NCBI GenBank assembly: GCA_015233495.1
Contig: JADFXQ010000018.1
Location: forward strand, 1 to 34,545
Direction of reading: 5' to 3'
Origin: Candidatus Omnitrophota bacterium
GTDB lineage: Bacteria > Omnitrophota > Gorgyraeia > Zapsychrales > Zapsychraceae
DNA: 34,545 bases
The notes under the pieces were generated by a model. It was not told the origin of the DNA. It did no database searches and saw only the letters and a program-made list of their open reading frames with translations. Below are positions 1 to 7,598 of the stretch, piece by piece (the stretch's first letter is position 1; every line of letters starts with the position of its first letter). Both the position numbers and the translations under genes were made by a program.

Positions 1-283
1 CGATAGTCACACTCGTTGGTCACTATGGCATTGCTTGGCTTGTAGGGCAAAAAGTGCTCGCGTCGGGATAGCGACGGATTTTTTTGAAAAAAAGGCCGCT
101 TCTTTGGCCCTACATTGAGCGATCTCGAAGCTGGTCGACCTGTATGACCCCGGCAAAATGCTTCATATCGAGCCCGGAGCTCCTCAAAGATATCTGCTTT
201 GATGATTAAAATTTTTTTCGCCCCCCCAGGGAATAGGGGGTAAGGATCTATGGTATCATTCCCACGTCGAGAAAATAATTTTC

Positions 284-312
284 TTGACAAGCCGGGGAAT
301 AGGGATTATAGT
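284..312 (+). promoter_or_regulatory. sigma70-type promoter for amtB-glnK
   Basis: TTGACA (284-289), 17-bp spacer, TATAGT (307-312). Confidence 0.75.
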
Positions 313-326
313 TTATTTGTCACTTG

Positions 327-405
327 GAGAGGGGAAAATGATTTTACCTCTCGTAGGGTAAGGAAGCCCGACAATGCATCGCAGCATGGTTGTCGGGCTT
401 TTTTT
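327..405 (+). promoter_or_regulatory. leader attenuator 1: two hairpins plus intrinsic terminator (ANTAR-like)
   Basis: Hairpin 327-352 with AATGAT loop; hairpin GGGT-AAGGAA-GCCC (356-369) overlaps the 5' arm of terminator GCCCGACAA...TTGTCGGGC followed by a T run. Confidence 0.6.
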
Positions 406-434
406 ATGCGCGCTTACGGCGCGCTCACATAAAC

Positions 435-509
435 AGGCGAAGACCGTCTTTGGGGCAAAGCTGTCCTCTTTTACCGGAAATGGATCCGGGGAAAGAGGAT
501 TTTTTATTT
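435..509 (+). promoter_or_regulatory. leader attenuator 2: two hairpins plus intrinsic terminator (ANTAR-like)
   Basis: AGGC-GAAGACC-GTCT, then GGGGC-AAAGCT-GTCCT (452-467) overlapping terminator TCCTCTTTTACCGGA...TCCGGGGAAAGAGGA followed by a T run. Confidence 0.6.
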
Positions 510-546
510 ATGTGGCATATTAACCGATTAAAGAAAGGATAAGAAA

Positions 547-1782
547 ATGAACACGATCAATTCGGGAGACACCGGCTGGGTGTTGATCTCATCGGCTTTG
601 GTGATGCTGATGACTCCAGCCCTGGCATTGTTTTACGGCGGCTTGGTCCGGCGGAAAAATTATTTAAGTGTTTTGATGCAGTGTTTTATCACCTTGTGCG
701 TGGTCAGTCTGCTTTGGGTGTTTTGCGGGTATAGTTTATCTTTCGCGCCGGGTAATGGTTTTATCGGCGGTTTGCAGTGGGCGGGCTTGAAAGGAGTTGG
801 AGCGGAGCCGTACGCGGATTACGCGGGCACGATTCCTCATTCGACGTTCATGATTTTTCAGTGTATGTTTGCGGTAATTACGCCGGCTTTGATTATCGGC
901 GCGTTCGCGGAACGGATGAAATTTTCGGCGTTTTTACTGTTCACGGTTTTATGGGCGTTTGCCGTATATTTTCCGGTCGCGCATTGGGTTTGGGGCGTGG
1001 GCGGTTGGTTACGCAATATGGGCACGCTGGATTTCGCGGGCGGCACGGTTGTGCATATCAATGCCGGGATCGGGGCTTTGGCAACCGCCCTTATTATAGG
1101 AAAGCGCCGCGGTCTGGAGCGCGGGCCTTTGCCGCCGCATAATTTGCCGTTTACGGTGTTAGGCGCCGGATTGTTGTGGTTCGGCTGGTTTGGGTTTAAC
1201 GCGGGCAGCGCTTTGGCTGCCAATGGTTTAGCTTCCAACGCTTTTGTTGTGACTAACACCGCGGCAGCAGCGGCGGGTTTGATGTGGGCGGTGTTGGAGT
1301 GGTTCGCGAACGGCAAGCCGACGATTTTAGGAACGGTGACTGGAGCGGTTGCCGGTTTGGTAGCGATCACGCCGGCCGCGGGGTTTGTGGACGCGATGGG
1401 CGCGATCTGGATCGGTCTTCTCGTCAGCGTATTTTGTTTTATCGCGGTGAGCGTGATCAAGCCGAAATTCGGGTATGATGATTCTTTGGACGCGTTTGGC
1501 GTGCACGGGATCGGCGGGTTTTGGGGCGCGATCGCGACCGGGATTTTCGCGACCAAGGCAGTGAACGCGGCGGGCGCGGATGGGTTGTTGATGGGAAATC
1601 CGGCGCAGTTTGTGATTCAGTTGAAGGCCGCGTTGATCACGACAGTGTATTCGTTTGTGGTGACGTATGTGATTTATAAGGTCGTTGATTTATTGGTTGG
1701 CGTGCGGGTCGTCGCGAAAGACGAGTCCATCGGCCTGGATTTGACCCAGCATCATGAGGGCGCGTATACGGTGTTGGAATAA
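547..1782 (+). CDS. amtB: ammonium transporter AmtB
   Basis: DFAGGTVVHINAG, WFGWFGFNAGS and DDSLDAFGVHG motifs; both pore His residues present; multi-TM protein. Confidence 0.97.
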   Translation: MNTINSGDTGWVLISSALVMLMTPALALFYGGLVRRKNYLSVLMQCFITLCVVSLLWVFCGYSLSFAPGNGFIGGLQWAGLKGVGAEPYADYAGTIPHSTFMIFQCMFAVITPALIIGAFAERMKFSAFLLFTVLWAFAVYFPVAHWVWGVGGWLRNMGTLDFAGGTVVHINAGIGALATALIIGKRRGLERGPLPPHNLPFTVLGAGLLWFGWFGFNAGSALAANGLASNAFVVTNTAAAAAGLMWAVLEWFANGKPTILGTVTGAVAGLVAITPAAGFVDAMGAIWIGLLVSVFCFIAVSVIKPKFGYDDSLDAFGVHGIGGFWGAIATGIFATKAVNAAGADGLLMGNPAQFVIQLKAALITTVYSFVVTYVIYKVVDLLVGVRVVAKDESIGLDLTQHHEGAYTVLE

Positions 1783-1789
1783 GCGCTGA

Positions 1790-1962
1790 GCGTTCGGTGA
1801 TGTTGTTTCGCGTTTCGATAAGGGCGCGCGGGGCTGGCGCGGATGTGGTTCCAGCTCAAACAGCTCTCGGCCTTTTTTCTGAACAATCATGGTGGGAAAG
1901 GCCTCGCGAACTTGCTGGAACCACATCCGCGCCAGCCTTTGGGCGCGCGGTTTATGTATCGA
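1790..1962 (+). repeat. dispersed structured intergenic element, full copy A
   Basis: Perfect 24-bp inverted repeat 1832-1855/1914-1937, inside GCGCGCGG and TCGATA/TATCGA flanks shared with copies after carA and carB. Confidence 0.8.
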
Positions 1963-1995
1963 TGCATTTAACAATTCTTACAAAAGGATGAAATT

Positions 1996-2337
1996 ATGAA
2001 ACTGATTTTCGCGATTATTCAACCGGATCGGCTGGAGGAAGTGAAGCAGGCATTGTATGAAGTGGATGTGAATTTGATTACGGTTGTTCCGGTGTTGGGG
2101 CACGGCCGGCAGATGGGCGTTACGGAAATTTACCGCGGCGGGAAAGAGACGGGAAATCTATTGCGAAAAGTTGAATTGCAGATTGCCGTAAATGATTCCT
2201 TTGTCGATCCGACAATCAAGGCGATTATTAAAGGGGCGCGCACCGGGAATATCGGTGACGGAAAAATTTTTGTTATGGATTTGCCGCGTTGTATCCGCAT
2301 CCGCACCGGGGATGAGGGCGCGGAAGCGATCGGGTGA
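1996..2337 (+). CDS. glnK: P-II nitrogen regulatory protein
   Basis: GHGRQ..EIYRG T-loop, [11 protein letters not shown] and IRIRTG motifs; adjacent to amtB. Confidence 0.93.
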   Translation: MKLIFAIIQPDRLEEVKQALYEVDVNLITVVPVLGHGRQMGVTEIYRGGKETGNLLRKVELQIAVNDSFVDPTIKAIIKGARTGNIGDGKIFVMDLPRCIRIRTGDEGAEAIG

Positions 2338-2341
2338 TTTA

Positions 2342-2483
2342 AAGACACAAGGACAAAAGACACAAGACACAAGTATTCTGCCTGGAAATCATGACTGAAA
2401 AATTATACTCAGGCAAATACGACAAAATATTTCAAATGCCTAAACCAACTGACTGGTGTCTTGTGTCTTTCTTGTGCTTGTAA
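2342..2483 (+). repeat. GACACAA heptamer repeats in inverted arrangement around a 30-codon remnant ORF
   Basis: AAGACACAAGGACAAAAGACACAAGACACAAG at 2342-2373 and the complementary GTGTCTTGTGTCTTTCTTGTG at about 2456-2476; ORF 2391-2483 reads MTEKLYSGKYDKIFQMPKPTDWCLVSFLCL. Confidence 0.55.
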
Positions 2484-2488
2484 AATTC

Positions 2489-2517
2489 TTGACAACTATA
2501 CCCAAGAAAGATATACT
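2489..2517 (+). promoter_or_regulatory. sigma70-type promoter for glnA
   Basis: TTGACA-17 bp-TATACT. Confidence 0.8.
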
Positions 2518-2531
2518 CAAAAAAATTTAGA

Positions 2532-2590
2532 AGGGCGATGAAGTCCTCCTTTAAAATATTGACATTTTGAGGGAGGACTTTTTCTTTTTT
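2532..2590 (+). promoter_or_regulatory. glnA leader attenuator: hexaloop hairpin overlapping a terminator
   Basis: AGGGC-GATGAA-GTCCT overlaps terminator AAGTCCTCCTTTAAAAT...ATTTTGAGGGAGGACTT plus T-rich tail; lies between promoter and RBS. Confidence 0.65.
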
Positions 2591-2623
2591 GGGACAATTG
2601 ATGAATTAAAAAGGAGAAAAGAC

Positions 2624-4729
2624 ATGGCAGACGCAGTGGAAAAAAAGGAAATGAACGAAATTCCCGAATTATTCGGGTCTAATGTTTTTAGTTTGAAAGT
2701 GATGCGGAACTATTTGTCGGAGAAGGCTTATAATTCGATTAGCAATACGATCAAAAACGGCGGCACGATTGATCCGACGATTGCGGATGAAGTCGCGGAC
2801 GCGATGAAGACCTGGGCGATTGCGAAAGGCGCTACGCATTTTACGCATTGGTTTCAGCCGTTGACCGGTTTGACCGCGGAAAAGCATGACGCGTTTGTGA
2901 CCCCGGAAGGCGTGGAGGGCAACGCGGTGATGAAATTTTCTGGCAAGGAATTGATTCAGGGTGAACCGGACGCATCGAGTTTTCCGTCGGGCGGCCTGCG
3001 TCCCACGTTTGAAGCGCGCGGCTATACTGGTTGGGATCCCACCAGTCCGGCCTTTATCAAAGAAGGGCCGAAAAGCGCGACACTGTGTATTCCGACGTAT
3101 TTTATCGGATATAACGGCGAGGCCTTGGATAAGAAGACGCCGCTCTTGCGGTCGATGAAAGCCCTGAACAAACAGGTCGCTCGTTTAGCCGATATTTTCG
3201 GGATCAAGGCCAAGGCGTTGTCCTATGCGACCCTCGGCGGAGAACAGGAATATTTCCTGATTGATCGGGATTTTTATATGCAACGGATCGACTTGATCCA
3301 GACCGGACGCACTTTGTTCGGAAAAGAGCCGGCCAAGCATCAACAAATGGCGGATCATTATTTCGGCGCCATTCGCACGCGGATCATGGGGTTTATGGAA
3401 GACCTGGACCGGGAGATGTGGAAACTCGGAGCGCCGGTGCGCACGCGGCATAATGAAGTTGCCCCGTCGCAGTTTGAGGTAGCGCCGTTGTTTGAAAGTC
3501 TGAATATCGCGGTGGATCACAATATGTTGACTATGGAAGCCATGCAAAAGGTCGCGGAGAAACACGGCCTGGCGTGTTTATTGCACGAGAAGCCGTTTGC
3601 CGGCGTGAATGGTTCAGGCAAACATAACAATTGGTCCATCTGCGGTCCGGACGGCAAGAATTGGCTTTCCCCGGGAGATAACCCGCATGAAAATGCGAAG
3701 TTTCTCGTCATGTTGGCCGCGGTGATCAAGGCGGTGGATACGCACGCCGACATTTTACGCGCGGCGGTGGCATCAGCGCAGAATGATCATCGTCTGGGCT
3801 CGCATGAAGCGCCGCCGGCGATCATCTCGATTTTCTTGGGCGACCAGTTGACGGATATCATTGAGCAGGTGGAAAAGGGCGGCGCCAAGACTTCGAAAAA
3901 AGGCGGAGTCTTGGAAATCGGCGTGGATGCTTTGCCGAAACTCCCGCGCGACGCCACGGACCGTAACCGGACTTCGCCGTTCGCGTTTACGGGCGCGAAA
4001 TTCGAATTCCGCGCCGTGGGGTCCAGCATGAGTTTGGGCGGCCCGAATATCGTGTTGAATACGATCGTCGCCGAATCGCTCGACGAGATTTGCTCCCGCT
4101 TGGAAGCGGACCGCGCCGTGAAAAAGGATTTCAACGAGTCGGTGCAAAAAATTTTGCAAGATATTGTTAAGAAACACAAGCGCGTGATTTTTAACGGCGA
4201 TAATTATACCGAAGACTGGGTCAAGGAAGCCAAAAAACGCGGCTTGCCGAATATGACTTCGACGCCCGAGGCCTTGGAAGCTTTAAATACCAAGAAGGCC
4301 GCTGACCTGTTTGAAAAATACGGCGTGTTGACCCGCAAGGAATTGAAGTCGCGGTATGATGTTTATAAAGACACTTATAAGACCGTAATAAATTATGAAG
4401 CGGCGTTGTGCGCCGATATGGCCAAGACGTTGATTTTGCCGACGGCGCTTGAATATCAAGCGGAATTGGCGGAAACGATTAAGGCTGTGGAAGGCGTGAA
4501 CAAGACAAAATCCAAGGCCGCGCGTCTGTTGCTCAAACAGATCAGCGATTTGAGCGAGACGGCGTTTGCCGATGTCGCGAAATTGGAAGCGGCGCTGGCT
4601 AAAAGCGATACGGCGAAATGCAAAGCCGGCATGGAGACGGTGCGCGAGTCGATTGACGCGCTGGAAGGGCTGGTTCCTTCGGAAATTTGGCCTTTGCCGT
4701 CCTACGCCGAAATGCTTTTTATGCTTTAA
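2624..4729 (+). CDS. glnA: glutamine synthetase type III
   Basis: [45 protein letters not shown] and [12 protein letters not shown] motifs; start moved to ATG 2624 behind AAGGAG. Confidence 0.95.
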   Translation: MADAVEKKEMNEIPELFGSNVFSLKVMRNYLSEKAYNSISNTIKNGGTIDPTIADEVADAMKTWAIAKGATHFTHWFQPLTGLTAEKHDAFVTPEGVEGNAVMKFSGKELIQGEPDASSFPSGGLRPTFEARGYTGWDPTSPAFIKEGPKSATLCIPTYFIGYNGEALDKKTPLLRSMKALNKQVARLADIFGIKAKALSYATLGGEQEYFLIDRDFYMQRIDLIQTGRTLFGKEPAKHQQMADHYFGAIRTRIMGFMEDLDREMWKLGAPVRTRHNEVAPSQFEVAPLFESLNIAVDHNMLTMEAMQKVAEKHGLACLLHEKPFAGVNGSGKHNNWSICGPDGKNWLSPGDNPHENAKFLVMLAAVIKAVDTHADILRAAVASAQNDHRLGSHEAPPAIISIFLGDQLTDIIEQVEKGGAKTSKKGGVLEIGVDALPKLPRDATDRNRTSPFAFTGAKFEFRAVGSSMSLGGPNIVLNTIVAESLDEICSRLEADRAVKKDFNESVQKILQDIVKKHKRVIFNGDNYTEDWVKEAKKRGLPNMTSTPEALEALNTKKAADLFEKYGVLTRKELKSRYDVYKDTYKTVINYEAALCADMAKTLILPTALEYQAELAETIKAVEGVNKTKSKAARLLLKQISDLSETAFADVAKLEAALAKSDTAKCKAGMETVRESIDALEGLVPSEIWPLPSYAEMLFML

Positions 4730-4742
4730 GGTTAACCGCGAA

Positions 4743-4778
4743 GCGTTCGATAGTGTGGGCGCGCGGTTTTTGTATCGA
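4743..4778 (+). repeat. collapsed copy of the dispersed structured element (central stem missing)
   Basis: GCGTTCGATAGTGTGGGCGCGCGGTTTTTGTATCGA joins 5'-flank and 3'-flank motifs of copies A and C. Confidence 0.6.
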
Positions 4779-4807
4779 CGAATAAAAGCAACAGAGATAA
4801 AAATGAT

Positions 4808-4846
4808 TGGTGTCAGGTCCCCTTCCGGGGCTTGACACCATTTTTT
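4808..4846 (+). terminator. hairpin plus T tract (terminator or REP-like palindrome) after glnA
   Basis: TGGTGTCAGGTCCCC-TTCC-GGGGCTTGACACCA-TTTTTT. Confidence 0.55.
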
Positions 4847-4848
4847 CT

Positions 4849-5553
4849 ATGAAGACGATTTTATTTGTTAAACATATTTCTATCGAGGGACCGGGGCGGT
4901 GGGAGCCGGTTTTTCAGAGCCGCGGTTATGCTGCGCAGGCGATTGATTTATCGTGCGGTGACCGCCTTCCGGCGGACTGCCGGGATTTTGCGGCGGTGGT
5001 TGTGCTGGGCGGTCCGATGAATGTTTATGAGGAAGAAACGTATCCGTTTTTGCGCGAAGAAAATATTTTTATCAAAAATATTCTGCGGGAAAAAATTCCT
5101 TATCTGGGGATTTGTTTGGGCGCGCAGTTGCTTACCAAGGCGGCGGGTTTTTGGGTGGGACGTTCCCCTAAGGAGGAAATCGGCTTTTATAAAGTTCGCT
5201 TGACGTCAAAGGGGAAACACGATATTCTTTTTTCCCGAGTTCCGGCAGAGTTGAATGTGTATCAATGGCATGGGGATATGTGTTTGGCTCCGGCAGATAA
5301 TGTTTTGGCCGAGTCCGAGGGTTGTCCGGTGCAGGCGGTGAAATTCGGTCCGGCGGCTTATGGCCTGCAATTTCACGCGGAGATTACCCAGAAAGATATC
5401 ACGGACTGGTCGGACGCGTATCAGCAGCCGAACGGATTATTGCTTGCAAAAAAGGCGAAAATGTTGCAAGATTATCGACAATATGCCCCGGAGTTGGACC
5501 GGACATTGAACGCCGTGGCGGAAAATTTTTTGCAGGTTATGTCTGCGGTATGA
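4849..5553 (+). CDS. stand-alone class I glutamine amidotransferase (GMP-synthase GATase-like)
   Basis: LGGPMNVYEE, GICLGAQL (Cys nucleophile) and LQFHAE (His-x-Glu); ATG 4849 chosen because the longer start lies in the hairpin. Confidence 0.85.
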   Translation: MKTILFVKHISIEGPGRWEPVFQSRGYAAQAIDLSCGDRLPADCRDFAAVVVLGGPMNVYEEETYPFLREENIFIKNILREKIPYLGICLGAQLLTKAAGFWVGRSPKEEIGFYKVRLTSKGKHDILFSRVPAELNVYQWHGDMCLAPADNVLAESEGCPVQAVKFGPAAYGLQFHAEITQKDITDWSDAYQQPNGLLLAKKAKMLQDYRQYAPELDRTLNAVAENFLQVMSAV

Positions 5554-5598
5554 TTTCCCTCGTTCGCGTAATTCAGTGAGGGATCAAGGAGGGGGCTT

Positions 5599-7281
5599 TT
5601 GCGTATTGCTCTGGCTCAAATCAATCCCACGGTCGGGGATTTGGACGGGAATCGGCATAAAATCGCCGAATATATCCGCCGGGCGCGGGATTTATCCGCG
5701 GATATCGTGGCGTTTCCGGAATGCGCTTTATGCGGATATCCTCCGGAAGATTTGTTGTTGAAGAAGCATTTTGTGCGTGATAATTTAAAGACACTGCGTT
5801 TTTTGATTGCGGAAACCAAACATATCACGGCGATTGTCGGGTTTATCGATCCTGACGCAGCGGGAAACATTTATAACGCGGCCGCAGTTATCAGTCAGGG
5901 AAAACTGGCCGGTGTTTATCGCAAGGAACATCTGCCGAATTACGGCGTGTTCGACGAGAAACGTTATTTTTCTCCGGGAGAGCAGAATCCGGTTTGGCTT
6001 TTTGACTCGGCGCCAGTCGGGGTGAGCATTTGCGAAGATATCTGGCCGGCTGACGGGTCGCATATTTGGCAGGCGGCCGTCGGTGTCCGGGTGATGATCA
6101 ATATTTCTTCTTCGCCCTATGAAATGGGCAAATTAGCGACGCGGCGGAAATTGGTGGCGGCCCGGGCCAAAGATGCCGGGGTTTATTTTGTTTATGTGAA
6201 TTTGGTTGGCGGTCAGGATGAGTTGGTATTTGACGGCGGCAGCTGCGTGATGAATCCGTGCGGAAAAATGATCGCCGCGGCCAAGGCGTTTGCTGAGGAC
6301 ATCCTCTTTGTGGATATTGACCCGCTGCCGGGTGCGATCGCGCGCCGAGAGCGGCGGACCGTGATGGGTTTGACCAGCTCTGCGGAATCCGGAGCGCGGG
6401 CGGCGGTCCCCAACCGGATCGAGCCGGCGCAATCGAAGATTGAACGGGTCTATCGCGCTTTAGTTTTAGGCACGCGGGATTATGTCGCGAAGAATGGTTT
6501 TAAAAAAGTGGTTTTGGGCCTGAGCGGCGGGATCGATTCTGCGTTAGTCGCGGCGATTGCCGTGGACGCGGTCGGCCGGGAGAATGTGGTGGGGGTCACA
6601 ATGCCTTCGCAGTTTACCAGCGGCGCGACGCTGGGTGACGCGAAGCGGCTCGCGGCAAACCTGAACATTGAATTAGTTTCTGTGGCGATTAAACCGGTTT
6701 ATGACCGGTATCTGGAGCAATTGGCTCCGGAGTTTGCCAAAGCGGCTTTGGACGTTACGGAAGAGAATTTGCAGGCGCGCATTCGGGGAAACTTGCTCAT
6801 GGCTTTTTCGAATAAAAAAGGCTGGTTGGTTTTAACGACGGGAAATAAGAGTGAGATGGCGGTGGGGTATTGCACTTTATACGGCGATATGTCCGGCGGG
6901 TTCGCGGTGATTAAAGATGTTTTGAAGACTACGGTATACGCCTTAGCCGCGTTTAAAAATGCCGCGGCGGGATACGATGTGATTCCCCGGTCGGTGATTG
7001 AGCGGCCGCCTACCGCGGAATTGAAAGCGAATCAGAAAGACCAGGATACTTTGCCGCCTTATGATGTGTTGGATGAAATTTTAAAGGCGTACGTTGAAGA
7101 AAGTTTATCTTTAGCGGCGATCGTGAAAAAATTTGGCCAGCCGGATGTGGTGCGCCGGGTGGTCCGGATGGTGGATTTAAGCGAATATAAGCGGCGGCAG
7201 TCTCCGCCGGGAGTGAAGATCACGCCGCGGGCGTTCGGCAAAGACTGGCGTTTGCCGATCACCAACGGATATCGGGAGTAA
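5599..7281 (+). CDS. nadE: glutamine-dependent NAD+ synthetase
   Basis: N-terminal nitrilase-type glutaminase (FPE, K..LPNYGVFDEKRYF, ICEDIW) plus GLSGGIDS and TTGNKSE synthetase motifs; TTG start after AGGAGG. Confidence 0.95.
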   Translation: MRIALAQINPTVGDLDGNRHKIAEYIRRARDLSADIVAFPECALCGYPPEDLLLKKHFVRDNLKTLRFLIAETKHITAIVGFIDPDAAGNIYNAAAVISQGKLAGVYRKEHLPNYGVFDEKRYFSPGEQNPVWLFDSAPVGVSICEDIWPADGSHIWQAAVGVRVMINISSSPYEMGKLATRRKLVAARAKDAGVYFVYVNLVGGQDELVFDGGSCVMNPCGKMIAAAKAFAEDILFVDIDPLPGAIARRERRTVMGLTSSAESGARAAVPNRIEPAQSKIERVYRALVLGTRDYVAKNGFKKVVLGLSGGIDSALVAAIAVDAVGRENVVGVTMPSQFTSGATLGDAKRLAANLNIELVSVAIKPVYDRYLEQLAPEFAKAALDVTEENLQARIRGNLLMAFSNKKGWLVLTTGNKSEMAVGYCTLYGDMSGGFAVIKDVLKTTVYALAAFKNAAAGYDVIPRSVIERPPTAELKANQKDQDTLPPYDVLDEILKAYVEESLSLAAIVKKFGQPDVVRRVVRMVDLSEYKRRQSPPGVKITPRAFGKDWRLPITNGYRE

Positions 7282-7342
7282 TTTCCCCTTCCCGCGATGA
7301 GCTTCACCCCTCGTAGCTTTGCTGCGCAAAGCAACAGGGGCC

Positions 7343-7462
7343 GCTGTTTTGCGGCGGATCAACGGTCGCGCCAAACTCGCGCCGCTGCTCCGCTTCGCGA
7401 AGCAGCGGCACTCAAACAGAGGCGCGAGTGGAAATTTTTCCGCTGATCCGCCGCAAAACAGC
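7343..7462. repeat. nested palindromic (MITE/REP-like) element
   Basis: 23-bp inverted repeat 7343-7365/7440-7462 (1 mismatch) enclosing TCGCGCC/GGCGCGA and an inner hairpin 7381-7409 flanked by AAACTCGC and CTCAAACAG. Confidence 0.7.
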
Positions 7463-7598
7463 TTTCGCTCAAAGCGGTAAAAAACAGACGCGACAAACCT
7501 GCCTACAGTCAGGCCTGCAATACGCGGACTGTGAAGCGCGCGGATTTGATGTCGATACGGTTGGAAGCAGTTAATCGGATTATTTAAGGGAAAGAAAG

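Noticed and set aside
44..88. Possible fifth hairpin/terminator leader (GGGC-AAAAA-GTGC...CGTCG/CGACG plus T run)
   Set aside because: The loop lacks the G4 consensus, pairing is poor, and upstream context is outside the window.
111..210. Minus-strand peptide MKHFAGVIQVDQLRD faintly like a P-II N-terminus
   Set aside because: Too short and weak to support a pseudogene call.
250..432. 60-aa ORF upstream of amtB as a leader peptide
   Set aside because: It starts upstream of the predicted promoter, spans promoter and terminator, and has no RBS or recognisable motif.
1797..1991. Short ORFs over the structured elements (also 1690-1974, 7177-7374, 23529-23939)
   Set aside because: They are explained by GC-rich palindromic non-coding sequence and have no protein motifs.
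2567..2623. Longer ORF-track starts for glnA, GATase, TPR gene, carB, rpe and the response regulator
   Set aside because: The extensions run through terminators, repeats, tRNA fragments or neighbouring genes; downstream ATGs fit family N-termini and usually an RBS.
7370..7425. Minus-strand CTGTTTGAG...GCGAGTT resembling a hammerhead ribozyme core
   Set aside because: It does not match the required CUGANGA and GAAA core, and I could not build the three-stem junction.
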